Shown piece by piece: positions 37,360 through 45,724 of a DNA stretch of 64,000 nt. The translations under genes were made by a program, and so were the position numbers. The notes under the pieces are model-generated. The model searched no databases and was not told the origin of the DNA. It saw only the letters and a program-made list of their open reading frames with translations. Numbering within the stretch: position 1 is the first letter of the stretch; the number at the start of each line of letters is the position of its first letter. The stretch is taken from assembly GCA_964373505.1 (NCBI GenBank), contig CAYJVC010000003.1:11336-75335 (forward strand), read 5' to 3'. Origin of the DNA: an uncultured Planctomycetia bacterium (GTDB taxonomy: Bacteria > Omnitrophota > Gorgyraeia > 2-02-FULL-51-18).

Positions 37360-39453
37360 CTATGCCATGTTCTGCTGCGAAACCAGCGCTTTGATCTTCG
37401 GAAGCATTTTGACGGTTTCTTCCTCGCCCTTTTTGATGAACGGTTGAGGTTTGAAAAACTCGACCCAACTGGCATTCGCCATGACGGGACGGATCACGAG
37501 GTCCGCGGCCTCGCTTTCGATCTCGGAGATCTGGGCCTCCATCGACTGGATCGTGTTCATCAATATATCGAACACGTTCGGGAAAAAAGCTTTGGAGCAT
37601 AATTTTTTCAACTGATGGGCAGACCTGAACAGGAAATTTTTACGACGAATAGTGCGAGCTTCCTTCTCTTCCTCCTCTTCGCGCATGAGGCGGCGTTCCA
37701 GAATATCTTTGGAGGTCGGGAACACATTCACGGCGATGATTTTGTTGGCGCCGGCCTGCTGCAGCGCCCCGATCGGGAGCGGGCTTAAGATCCCCCCGTC
37801 CACGATCATCTGTTTGTTCAGAAAAACCGGCTTAAAGATTGCGGGGATCGCGATCGAGCCGCGCACGGCCTCCGCGATATAACCGGAATCGTAAATATGC
37901 GCCTGGCGCGTCGAGAGATTGGCGCCCGTGACCTTCAGCGGGATCTTCGCTTCTTCGAACGTCTTGTTGCCCAGGTAGGAACTAAAATGTTTGACGACGA
38001 GCTTCCCGTGCAGAAGACCGCGCACCGGGAACAGGTTGAAATCCAAAAGCCGTATCATGCCGAGTTGGGTGTTGATCTTGAGCGCGATCTTTTCCACTTC
38101 GGCGGCCGTCTTCCCCACCGCATACAGAGACCCGATCAACGCACCGATGCTGGAGCCGGCAATAATATCGATCGGAATATTCTCGCGCTCCAACACTTTC
38201 AGGACCCCGACGTGCGCCAACCCCAGCGCCGCGCCGCTGCCGAACGCCACGCCCACCAGATTGTTGCTGATCCGCCTGGCGATGTGGCGCACGACGCGCG
38301 AATACTCGGCTAGCGGGTCATCCACGACGAACGGCGCCGAATGGCGCTCCTCGTATTCTTTCAATTCCGGGGTGGCCGGAAGCGAATAACTCATTTTGCT
38401 TCCGAAAAGCTCCCGCCGCACTGCGTGCGTCGTGCGCATCCCGAGAAAAACTTCGCTGATCACGATCGAGATCTTGCTTTCCGGGAACGAGAGATCCTTT
38501 TCAATATCCTGGATCAGCTCCTTGGTTTCCGTGATATTGTTGAGATTGCTGTCGGTCACAAAATAAATGGAGTCCGACTGGCTGAGCGCGCGGTGCACCC
38601 CCTCGTCCATTTCGGAAGGCAGGTCGATCAGGATAAAACGGTACTCGATCGCGAGATGATTCAGAAGCGAAATAATGATTTTTTCTCCGGCCGAGTCCTC
38701 CCCTTCGTGAGCGACATTCAAAATATCGAATCCGGCCGGATGTTTCAAAATTAGGTCGTTCAGAACACCGGCGGATTCGTTTTCGATATTGTGGAATCGC
38801 GTGATCGGCACGCGCTCGGCCATATGAAGCTTGGAGGAGATCTCGGTGCCGGACGGGCTCATGTCCAGAAGGATTATTTTTTGGCGTGTTTCCTGAAAAA
38901 GACTCGCGGCCAGATTGATGGAGAATTCGGTCCGCCCGATGCGGTGCTGCTGGCTGAAAATGGATATCACATCGCTTCTTAAAAGGAGCCTCGATCGCGT
39001 CTCCACGCCGCGCAAGCGCGAGCTCAACCGCCGACTGATCTCGAGAGAAACCGTGGCGTTGTGCTCGATCGTCCTTTCAAAATCCTCTTTTTTAAGTTCC
39101 AGCACCAGCGAGTCCGAGAGAGCGCACAACGTGGCTGAATGGGGTTCGCTCGTCAGGAGCGACATTTCTCCGAAATAATCTCCGCGGCGCAAATACGCGA
39201 GCACCTTTTTCTTTCCCTGAGAAACGGTGAAGGCCTCGAAACGCCCCGAGATCACCACGCGAAAGCGGTCCGCCTGCTCCCCCTCGCGGTAGATCACTTC
39301 GTCCTTGTGGTATTCCACCAGCCGCATCAGCTGGCCGATCGATTTCAATTCCCACGGGCTCAAGCCCGAAAAGAGCGGACAGAGGGACAAGAGCGCCATC
39401 TTGTCGAGTTTCTGATAGCGGGGATTGTTTTCGGAACCGAGGGAGGGATCCAT
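37360..39453 (-). CDS. Three-domain protein: cyclic-nucleotide-binding (CAP-type) domain, a degenerate ParA/MinD-like domain and a patatin-like phospholipase
   Basis: cNMP domain GEQADRFRVVISGRFE...GDYFGEMSLL. Central ILLDMSP...FILIDLPSE resembles a ParA fold without a P-loop. Patatin GVAFGSGAALGLAHVG (G-G-x-R-like), GSSIG (GxSxG) and DGG. Confidence 0.8.
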   Translation of the reverse strand: MDPSLGSENNPRYQKLDKMALLSLCPLFSGLSPWELKSIGQLMRLVEYHKDEVIYREGEQADRFRVVISGRFEAFTVSQGKKKVLAYLRRGDYFGEMSLLTSEPHSATLCALSDSLVLELKKEDFERTIEHNATVSLEISRRLSSRLRGVETRSRLLLRSDVISIFSQQHRIGRTEFSINLAASLFQETRQKIILLDMSPSGTEISSKLHMAERVPITRFHNIENESAGVLNDLILKHPAGFDILNVAHEGEDSAGEKIIISLLNHLAIEYRFILIDLPSEMDEGVHRALSQSDSIYFVTDSNLNNITETKELIQDIEKDLSFPESKISIVISEVFLGMRTTHAVRRELFGSKMSYSLPATPELKEYEERHSAPFVVDDPLAEYSRVVRHIARRISNNLVGVAFGSGAALGLAHVGVLKVLERENIPIDIIAGSSIGALIGSLYAVGKTAAEVEKIALKINTQLGMIRLLDFNLFPVRGLLHGKLVVKHFSSYLGNKTFEEAKIPLKVTGANLSTRQAHIYDSGYIAEAVRGSIAIPAIFKPVFLNKQMIVDGGILSPLPIGALQQAGANKIIAVNVFPTSKDILERRLMREEEEEKEARTIRRKNFLFRSAHQLKKLCSKAFFPNVFDILMNTIQSMEAQISEIESEAADLVIRPVMANASWVEFFKPQPFIKKGEEETVKMLPKIKALVSQQNMA

Positions 39454-39460
39454 CTATTGA

Positions 39461-39817
39461 TTAACGATGTTCGATATAGTCCTTAAGTATCCCCTGGTCT
39501 TTTTCGCTTATATCCGGAAAGTAAACCGCGACGTTATATTTTTTGGTGGCTGGATCGTGTTCCTTGCGGACCACGACCCCTTTCAAGCGCAGCGTGTGTT
39601 CTTGCGGCCGAGCGGAACCCATCGCGGGCACCCGCAGCCCGATCTTAAGCTGCGTCATGAGCGGGATGTCCCGCTCTAGGGCACACATTGCGCCATGCGT
39701 GGATACATTCAGCGTTCGGGCCTCGATCTCGTAGCCCTCATGGCCGATGTTAAAGGGCAGGCCTGCATCGATACGAACCGAGCGGCGGCGCTCAAGGATC
39801 GGTTTGGGTGTTCTCAC
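39461..39817 (-). CDS. PilZ-domain protein
   Basis: ERRRSVRID (RxxxR) and NVSTHGAM (D/NxSxxG). The short version starts at a GTG that overlaps the upstream stop as GTGA. The ORF-track version (to 39922) adds a low-complexity basic tail. Confidence 0.5.
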   Translation of the reverse strand: MRTPKPILERRRSVRIDAGLPFNIGHEGYEIEARTLNVSTHGAMCALERDIPLMTQLKIGLRVPAMGSARPQEHTLRLKGVVVRKEHDPATKKYNVAVYFPDISEKDQGILKDYIEHR

Positions 39818-40074
39818 GCGGGTTTTTGCTCTGGGCTTTGGGCGGCGGACGCCTTGGCGGCGGCTTCCTCGGCGGCCTTCACGGCTTTTTCCGCTTCCTG
39901 TTTCACCCAGAGTTTGAAGCACTGCTTATTCGCAAAATATTTGCCGTTCCGGTAATACCAGTCCTTGCGGCGAATGCGTTTATTGGACTGGGCACAATTG
40001 GTCGGCCTGGATTTCTGCGCCTCCACGTTCCCGCTCGCGGGCTTTGGATCCTGTTTCACTGCTGCATCTTCCAT
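39814..40074 (-). CDS. Small hypothetical protein (86 aa, KDWYYRNGKYFANKQCFKLW core, Ala/Glu/Lys-rich tail)
   Basis: Non-repetitive core sequence. Its TGA stop overlaps the PilZ GTG start. Confidence 0.35.
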   Translation of the reverse strand: MEDAAVKQDPKPASGNVEAQKSRPTNCAQSNKRIRRKDWYYRNGKYFANKQCFKLWVKQEAEKAVKAAEEAAAKASAAQSPEQKPA

Positions 40075-40148
40075 GTTATTTTTTCTCCTCCCCGACCATC
40101 TTAAACGCTATCGCGCCAAAATCAAGACTATTTTGATGCCACGCCCCC

Positions 40149-40517
40149 TCAGCCGATCCCGACGGCGTGCACGTACTCAAGAATGTGACGCAATTCCATG
40201 GGTTTGATATCCCTGAAACGCAAGCCCGCTTCGCGTAATTCGCGGTCCGTGCCTTTCGTGCGCACAAACCAGACGACCTCCCCTACGGCCGTCACGGGCT
40301 CTACCAGATGAGGGATCTGTATCCCCAATTCCAGCAAGTCTCCGGCCCGCAGATCCTCATAGACCACGAGGCTGATACCGCCTCCGCCGACATCCTTGAC
40401 AAGCGTCTTATGTGGGCGCGGCCGTTTATGCTTTTTTAGAATATGATAGGTGACACCCAGGGGTGCTTTCAAGCGGATGTATTTGCGTTTTTCTGCTGCG
40501 CCTGCGCTCATGTTCAA
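40149..40517 (-). CDS. PilZ-domain protein
   Basis: EKRKYIRLK and DVGGGGIS motifs. Confidence 0.65.
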   Translation of the reverse strand: MNMSAGAAEKRKYIRLKAPLGVTYHILKKHKRPRPHKTLVKDVGGGGISLVVYEDLRAGDLLELGIQIPHLVEPVTAVGEVVWFVRTKGTDRELREAGLRFRDIKPMELRHILEYVHAVGIG

Positions 40518-40930
40518 TGCTCGGGGCCTGATTCCCCCGTTCTTAGGGCGCTATGCTTCAGCCATTCCTTGTAAACATGCTCCAGGACCCGGGCGCGGTC
40601 CTTCAGGTTGATCTTTGTCAGTTTAAGACCCGCTTCCAGACCGTCGGCCCAAGCCACTTTCCCTGTCGCGAATACAGGCAGATTGTCGCCGGGAACGCTC
40701 ATAGAAAGCTCGAGCGTCGTGCCCACCGGCAATTTCTGCTTGGTTTTGACGCATAACCCCTCGCGGCTCAAGTCCTTCGCCAGCGCCTTTCCGAAAATGG
40801 GATTCAGTGTTAACGTCTTGTATTCGACGTCCATCGGCGTGTTGAAGCGCATGTATTTCCGCCGTTCCAGAATTTTTCGTTTGGCCGCCTCGTAAGCGTG
40901 CGTCAATGGGTCCCCCTCCGGATTAGTCAT
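40514..40930 (-). CDS. PilZ-domain protein
   Basis: ERRKYMRFN and DLSREGLCV motifs. ATGA overlap with the downstream PilZ gene. Confidence 0.65.
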   Translation of the reverse strand: MTNPEGDPLTHAYEAAKRKILERRKYMRFNTPMDVEYKTLTLNPIFGKALAKDLSREGLCVKTKQKLPVGTTLELSMSVPGDNLPVFATGKVAWADGLEAGLKLTKINLKDRARVLEHVYKEWLKHSALRTGESGPEH

Positions 40931-41132
40931 TCTTAAAATAACGGATTAAATCGCTTTTCAAAAAACGGTAATTGTCCCCCACTTTGCGTCCCGGAATTTT
41001 CTTCGATTTCACCAGCTTGTAAAGCGTCTGACGGCTGATGCTGAGGAATTGACAGGCGTCCTCCGTGGTCAGCGCCTTGTCCTCTTCCCTCTCTTCGACC
41101 ATCCATTTTTTATTCATGTCTTGCTCCTCCAA
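40923..41132 (-). CDS. Helix-turn-helix DNA-binding protein (excisionase / MerR-like HTH_17)
   Basis: ACQFLSISRQTLYKLVKSKKIPGRKVG helix-turn-helix. Confidence 0.55.
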   Translation of the reverse strand: MEEQDMNKKWMVEEREEDKALTTEDACQFLSISRQTLYKLVKSKKIPGRKVGDNYRFLKSDLIRYFKND

Positions 41133-41234
41133 AAATACTGCCCCGTGGGGATTTTCATTTAAACAAAACGGTCGAATCTTGTCAAGTAAATACCAATTCA
41201 GTTAATAGCTGTTAATCTTAGACGCGGCTATGTA

Positions 41235-41280
41235 AAATCCCCCTAAAAACAAAAATCCCCCTGGTATTATCAGGGGGATT
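41235..41280 (-). terminator. Rho-independent terminator downstream of the 41310-41654 gene
   Basis: AATCCCCCTG...CAGGGGGATT stem followed on the - strand by TTTTTGTTTTT. Confidence 0.55.
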
Positions 41281-41309
41281 CCAATTCAAAGGTCTATGGT
41301 TGACTTTTT

Positions 41310-41636
41310 TTAAAAAACGTATTCAGGCTCCAGGATAGGCTTGTAATCCTGAGGCAGCGGAAACGGGAACGTTGCTATCTCATAGATACCGGCGCCCGTG
41401 CGCACAATGGTCATCCCGGCGCCCTTCGCGAGGCCGAGCGTCACTCCCGCGAACGCATTTTCCTCAACGCTCACGCTGTAAATATTCTTCGGAAGCTCCA
41501 CCCAGCCGGTCAGCGCATTCGCCACCCCGCGACCTAGCTTGGTGAAAGCGTCATTCGCGAAACAAACGGTTGCGCCGGCTATCATGGCGACGAAAATCAC
41601 GCCCATAACAACACCCTTCAAGGCGCCTCTTTTCAT
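41310..41636 (-). CDS. Exosortase-system-associated small secreted protein (TIGR04073-like)
   Basis: Signal peptide plus KLGRGVANALTGWVELPKNIY, the hallmark of that family as I recall it. Not verified. Confidence 0.5.
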   Translation of the reverse strand: MKRGALKGVVMGVIFVAMIAGATVCFANDAFTKLGRGVANALTGWVELPKNIYSVSVEENAFAGVTLGLAKGAGMTIVRTGAGIYEIATFPFPLPQDYKPILEPEYVF

Positions 41637-41800
41637 CCATCCCTCCTCACACAAGAATTGCTTAGAATTAAATAGAAGCTTATACTTTTTGTACTGCGAT
41701 CATCTTAACAGAATTCAGGGCCCTGTCAACACTTATTTTCGATTTTACCACTTTACAATGCGACCGGCCGGAGTTAGAATGGCGTTATTCTACCAAAAAT

Positions 41801-42619
41801 ATGTACGAATCTTTCTACTCCCTCAAGCAAAAACCGTTCGCGATCACGAGCAATCCCGCTTTTTTGTATTTAAGCCAAAGACACCGAGAGGCCTTGTCCT
41901 CTCTGAGCTACGGGATCAGGGAGCGTGTCGGATTTATCGAGATCACCGGCGAGATCGGAACCGGAAAAACCACGATCTGCCGAGCGCTCTTGAACCAACT
42001 CGACGAAAAAACTAAGACCGCGTTTATTTTCAATTCGAGCCTCAGCGAACTGCAGCTTTTACAAACCATCATCGAAGATCTGGGGATCAAGACCGGCAAA
42101 AAAAGCCGCGGCGAGCTGTTCTCGGAACTTAACCGCTTTCTGATCGAGCAATTGGCCCACAACAACAACGTCGTGGTGATCATCGACGAGGCCCAGAACT
42201 TGAGCCTGCGGCTCTTGGAGCAGATACGCATGCTCTCGAACCTGGAGGCGGAAAATAAAAAACTGCTGCAAATCGTCCTCGTGGGCCAACCGGAGCTCCG
42301 GGAAAAACTGAAATCCCCGAAACTGCGACAGCTTCGGCAAAGGATCTCGGTGCGTTATCACATCAAGGCGCTGGACAAGGAAGAAGTGCCGCGTTATATC
42401 GAGCATCGCTTGAAATTGGCCGGGGCCAATGGCGCGGCGCCTGTTTTCGAGGAAAAAGCGGTGGATGATATCTTTCGATATTCGGGAGGCGTCCCGCGAC
42501 TCATCAACATCGTGTGTGACAAAGCGCTGCTGACGGGATTTGTGTTGGAAAAACGGGTGATCGGGCCGTCGATCATCAGACAATGCATCAACGAAATTGA
42601 AGGAGAAAACACCTCATGA
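41801..42619 (+). CDS. ExeA/GspA/MshM-like AAA ATPase (PEP-CTERM / T2SS-accessory type)
   Basis: N-terminus FITGEIGTGKTT and the conserved FYSLKQKPF motif. Confidence 0.75.
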   Translation: MYESFYSLKQKPFAITSNPAFLYLSQRHREALSSLSYGIRERVGFIEITGEIGTGKTTICRALLNQLDEKTKTAFIFNSSLSELQLLQTIIEDLGIKTGKKSRGELFSELNRFLIEQLAHNNNVVVIIDEAQNLSLRLLEQIRMLSNLEAENKKLLQIVLVGQPELREKLKSPKLRQLRQRISVRYHIKALDKEEVPRYIEHRLKLAGANGAAPVFEEKAVDDIFRYSGGVPRLINIVCDKALLTGFVLEKRVIGPSIIRQCINEIEGENTS

Positions 42620-43191
42620 GCATTATCAACGAAGCGCTGAAAAAAGCGGAAGGCGCGAAAGGTTTCAAGCCGCTCCATGGCGGGGATAAATCAAGGCAGA
42701 ATATTGAGCTCGAAGTCCACAAACGATCCAAGCAGATAAACTGGGGGCCGATATTTGTGCTTTTGGTTTTGTTCTTGATCACGGGCCCCCTCGTTGCGCC
42801 GGTTTTTACGACGACATTCAAGCCTTCGGGCCATGGCATTACTTCGATGCCCCCCACGACGAAGGCTTCGTATCTTGTGCCGGCCCAAACCGACGCTCCC
42901 CTGGCTGCTTTGCCTCCCGGCGTCGGACCGGAAACCCGAAAAGCCCAGTTCGGGCTTGAGGAGATGCCGCGTGAAAACACCGCCGGTCCCAAGCTATTTC
43001 TCCCCGCGACGGCTCCCAAACTGAACCTCACCGGTGTCATGTACTCGCAGGAAGATTCCTACGGCATCATCAATGGAAAAGTCGTCAAAGTCGGCGAGGA
43101 AACAAGCGGTGCAAAACTGCTGAGTGTCAAACCCCACGAAGTGAAACTTCTGTATCAGGGCGAAGAAATTACGCTCGCGATCCCCGAATAA
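42616..43191 (+). CDS. GspB/MshN-like partner of the ExeA-like ATPase (single transmembrane helix)
   Basis: MSIINEALKKAE N-terminus, one transmembrane helix and ATGA coupling to the ExeA-like gene. Confidence 0.4.
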   Translation: MSIINEALKKAEGAKGFKPLHGGDKSRQNIELEVHKRSKQINWGPIFVLLVLFLITGPLVAPVFTTTFKPSGHGITSMPPTTKASYLVPAQTDAPLAALPPGVGPETRKAQFGLEEMPRENTAGPKLFLPATAPKLNLTGVMYSQEDSYGIINGKVVKVGEETSGAKLLSVKPHEVKLLYQGEEITLAIPE

Positions 43192-43196
43192 AGCCT

Positions 43197-44309
43197 TCAG
43201 CCTCTCCGGTTCATAACGCAATTTGAAATGACGGGCAACGGCACGTTTTTTACGACCGTGGTTTTCCCCAGAGAAACCGGCAACACGAATCGGTTCGAGC
43301 CCAGTTCGCTTTTTTTGTCATAGCCCATCGCTTTTAAAACGGCCTCGGCAGAAAGCGCGTGATAAAAAAGAGGCAGGCCGAATTTGATCAGCACTCCTTC
43401 AATCCTTCCGGGAAGCGCCGGATCTCTTAAGGTTCCCAAGGCCTTGGCCAAGTCACAGGCGATCAGCATCCCGATGCTCACCGCTTCTCCATGCGTGTAA
43501 CGGCCCGAATAACCCGAAGCTCCCTCGATTGCGTGACCGGCCGTATGGCCAAAATTCAGCATGACGCGGATATCCTTTTTATCCTGCTCGTCCTGCGCCA
43601 CGAGTCTGGCTTTTATTTTCACACAGCGCTGTATTACTTTTTCGAGGCGCCGGTTTTTTTTTCGAACGCCGTCCATCCCCTCTTTTTCCAAGATGGAAAA
43701 AAGTCGCCCGTCCCGGATCACCGCGTATTTGATCACCTCCGCAAACCCGTCGCTCCAATGCCTGTCCGGCAGTGTGTCGAGCACCGCCGTGTCGGATATC
43801 ACGAGTTGCGGTTGATAGATGGCGCCTAAAAGATTCTTGCCTTCGGGGAGATCGATCGCCGACTTGCCCCCGATCGCCGAGTCGACCTGGGCCGTCAACG
43901 TTGTCGGGATCTGGATATAGGGAATACCCCTTCGGTAAACCGCGGCGGTAAATCCGGCCAGGTCCCCTACGACCCCCCCGCCGAGCGCGATCAGAAAAAC
44001 GGATTTGCCTCTGCCGTCCGTAGACGCCACGGCTTTGATCAGCTTAGAAAAAACAGCTTGTGACTTAGCGGCTTCCGAACTTTTGGAGCGGGGCGGCATG
44101 AAAAATACCGGGTCAACCCCTTCGCGAAGCAGCGAATTTACAAGGGGATCCCCGTACAGATCCACGATCGGCTTCTGTGAAACGATAATGGCGTTTCGGT
44201 GCAGAATGCGCTTATTTTTTAAAATCCGTCCCGTTTCCGAGAGGATCCCCCTCCCGATCAGCACCGGGTAGGATCTCTCTTTAAGGCCGACGCGGACGGA
44301 AAGCATCAC
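43197..44309 (-). CDS. aroB: 3-dehydroquinate synthase
   Basis: GGGVVGDLAGF, DTLPDRH and HTAGHAIE motifs. Start set at the GTG/ATG (44309/44306) inside the family-1 arm. The ORF-track Met at 44327 has no ribosome-binding site. Confidence 0.85.
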   Translation of the reverse strand: MMLSVRVGLKERSYPVLIGRGILSETGRILKNKRILHRNAIIVSQKPIVDLYGDPLVNSLLREGVDPVFFMPPRSKSSEAAKSQAVFSKLIKAVASTDGRGKSVFLIALGGGVVGDLAGFTAAVYRRGIPYIQIPTTLTAQVDSAIGGKSAIDLPEGKNLLGAIYQPQLVISDTAVLDTLPDRHWSDGFAEVIKYAVIRDGRLFSILEKEGMDGVRKKNRRLEKVIQRCVKIKARLVAQDEQDKKDIRVMLNFGHTAGHAIEGASGYSGRYTHGEAVSIGMLIACDLAKALGTLRDPALPGRIEGVLIKFGLPLFYHALSAEAVLKAMGYDKKSELGSNRFVLPVSLGKTTVVKNVPLPVISNCVMNRRG

Positions 44310-44424
44310 CCCACCTCCTTTTTCCACGCCGCAAACACAGTAAAAAATACTGCAGAGGCGGCGTTCCTATTCGCCGACGGCGAATAGATTTGTTTTTTGA
44401 ACGAAGAAAAAGGGGGTGGGGTCA
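44306..44424 (-). repeat. Family-1 intercistronic palindromic element E6 (TCACCCCACCTCCTTTTT ... AAAAAGGGGGTGGGGTCA)
   Basis: The right arm ends with TCA, the TGA stop of the CsaA-like gene (44422-44424). The left arm carries the aroB GTG. Internal hairpin TTCGCCGACGGCGAA. Confidence 0.65.
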
Positions 44425-44748
44425 ACTCACGATACTTCCAGGAGGGAGTTCTTTGTCAAGCGCCAGGAGCGTGAGTTCCGGGCCGTTTTTGGCCGCCAGG
44501 ATCATGCCGCGGGATTCAACGCCGCGGATCGTTGCGGGCGCGAGGTTATTCACGACGATCACGGACTTGCCGAGGAGGGACTCTCGGGGGTACATCGCCT
44601 TCACTCCAGCCACCACCTCTTTTTTTTCGGAGCCGACGTCGATCACGAGCCGCCAGATCCTGTCCGCACCCGGCACTTCCTGGACGTCGAGGATCTTGGC
44701 CACCTTCAGCTCAAGCCGCCTAAAATCCTCCAGAGAGATTTCCGTCAT
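44422..44748 (-). CDS. tRNA-binding protein (CsaA / Trbp111 / EMAP-like OB fold)
   Basis: LKVAKILDVQEVPGADRIW...VVNNL...GVESRGMIL, typical of the MetRS C-terminal-like tRNA-binding domain. Confidence 0.7.
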   Translation of the reverse strand: MTEISLEDFRRLELKVAKILDVQEVPGADRIWRLVIDVGSEKKEVVAGVKAMYPRESLLGKSVIVVNNLAPATIRGVESRGMILAAKNGPELTLLALDKELPPGSIVS

Positions 44749-45023
44749 TTTTTGTCGGCCGGTTTCGCGGGGGTTTGAACCGCTGCGACCGCCGGTTTCT
44801 CCGCAGTCCCCGAGGCGGGTGGGCCGGAGGCGCCTTCCGCAGCGACCGCTTTCTCTTTCTTGACCTTCAGTCTTTGCATTTTAACTTTCGGGATACCGAG
44901 TACCGAGCGTTCCTCGGTCCAAAGGTTCTTGTCCTTGAGAACCCTGAGGCGCTCGTATCGTTTTAAAACGGAGCGGTGTTTCTTCCCCTTCCCGCCGCCT
45001 CTCAAACTTGAATGAATAGACAT
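44745..45023 (-). CDS. Small Lys/Arg-rich protein, hypothetical (ribosome-associated-like composition)
   Basis: Basic N-terminal half and an Ala/Pro-rich tail. AGGAGGAGTGGGATG ribosome-binding site context. Confidence 0.4.
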   Translation of the reverse strand: MSIHSSLRGGGKGKKHRSVLKRYERLRVLKDKNLWTEERSVLGIPKVKMQRLKVKKEKAVAAEGASGPPASGTAEKPAVAAVQTPAKPADKK

Positions 45024-45061
45024 CCCACTCCTCCTAAACCCATTGGGTTGTGACTTTTTCG

Positions 45062-45643
45062 CTATCGCCTTCTAATAAAGCAATCTTTGTATCGGGCGGA
45101 AAAAAGCTTCTTATCGCGTCCTGCGTCCTCTTTAGACACATACTGGCCGGAACACACTTCATAGTAATCGCCGCTGGCAATAATAAAGGCCTGAAACCCC
45201 TTTTTACGAATGGTGTCGACTTCTCTTTCGGCCATATCCTGCTTCTTGAAAGTCGCCAGCTGGATCGTATAAGGCTTGCCCAGATCCCACGCAGGATCTT
45301 TGGGAGTCGCTGTCTTTACCGTGGAGGTCCCGAGGCCGGCCCTGGGAGCCGCCCGCGGCGGCAACACTTGTGTGGTCTTGCGAGGCAGCGGCTGAGTCGA
45401 CATCGGGACAACTCCCCCGGTCGCGGCCATGGACTTGCCTCTCAAAATACCCAGGAAAAACACGACGCACGCCGCCAGGATCAGCAGGATCGAAACCAGC
45501 AATATTTGCTCGAGCGAGGTGCTCAAGAGAACCGGCTTCTGCGCCTTATGAAGCGAAGGAAAGCGGGGTTTCTGTTTTGACGCTTGGGAGCCAAACTCTC
45601 CGAACAGCTCCTGCTGCATCTCCTCTTGTTTAATGTCTGTCAT
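45062..45643 (-). CDS. SPOR-domain peptidoglycan-binding protein
   Basis: One transmembrane helix and a C-terminal SPOR fold (YTIQLATFKKQDMAEREVDTIRKKGFQAFI). Confidence 0.65.
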   Translation of the reverse strand: MTDIKQEEMQQELFGEFGSQASKQKPRFPSLHKAQKPVLLSTSLEQILLVSILLILAACVVFFLGILRGKSMAATGGVVPMSTQPLPRKTTQVLPPRAAPRAGLGTSTVKTATPKDPAWDLGKPYTIQLATFKKQDMAEREVDTIRKKGFQAFIIASGDYYEVCSGQYVSKEDAGRDKKLFSARYKDCFIRRR

Positions 45644-45724
45644 GACTGGCGAACTGCCCGTAGTATAACAAATTCACCCAGCCCTTCCAATCTTATCTTT
45701 GCTCGCTCTAAGGAAAGGTTGGGT

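Noticed and set aside
44745-45023. Assigning the small basic protein to a specific ribosomal protein family (bL28, bL32, bL34, bL35, bS21)
   Set aside because: The sequence does not match the N-terminal signatures of those families as I recall them, so it is left as hypothetical.
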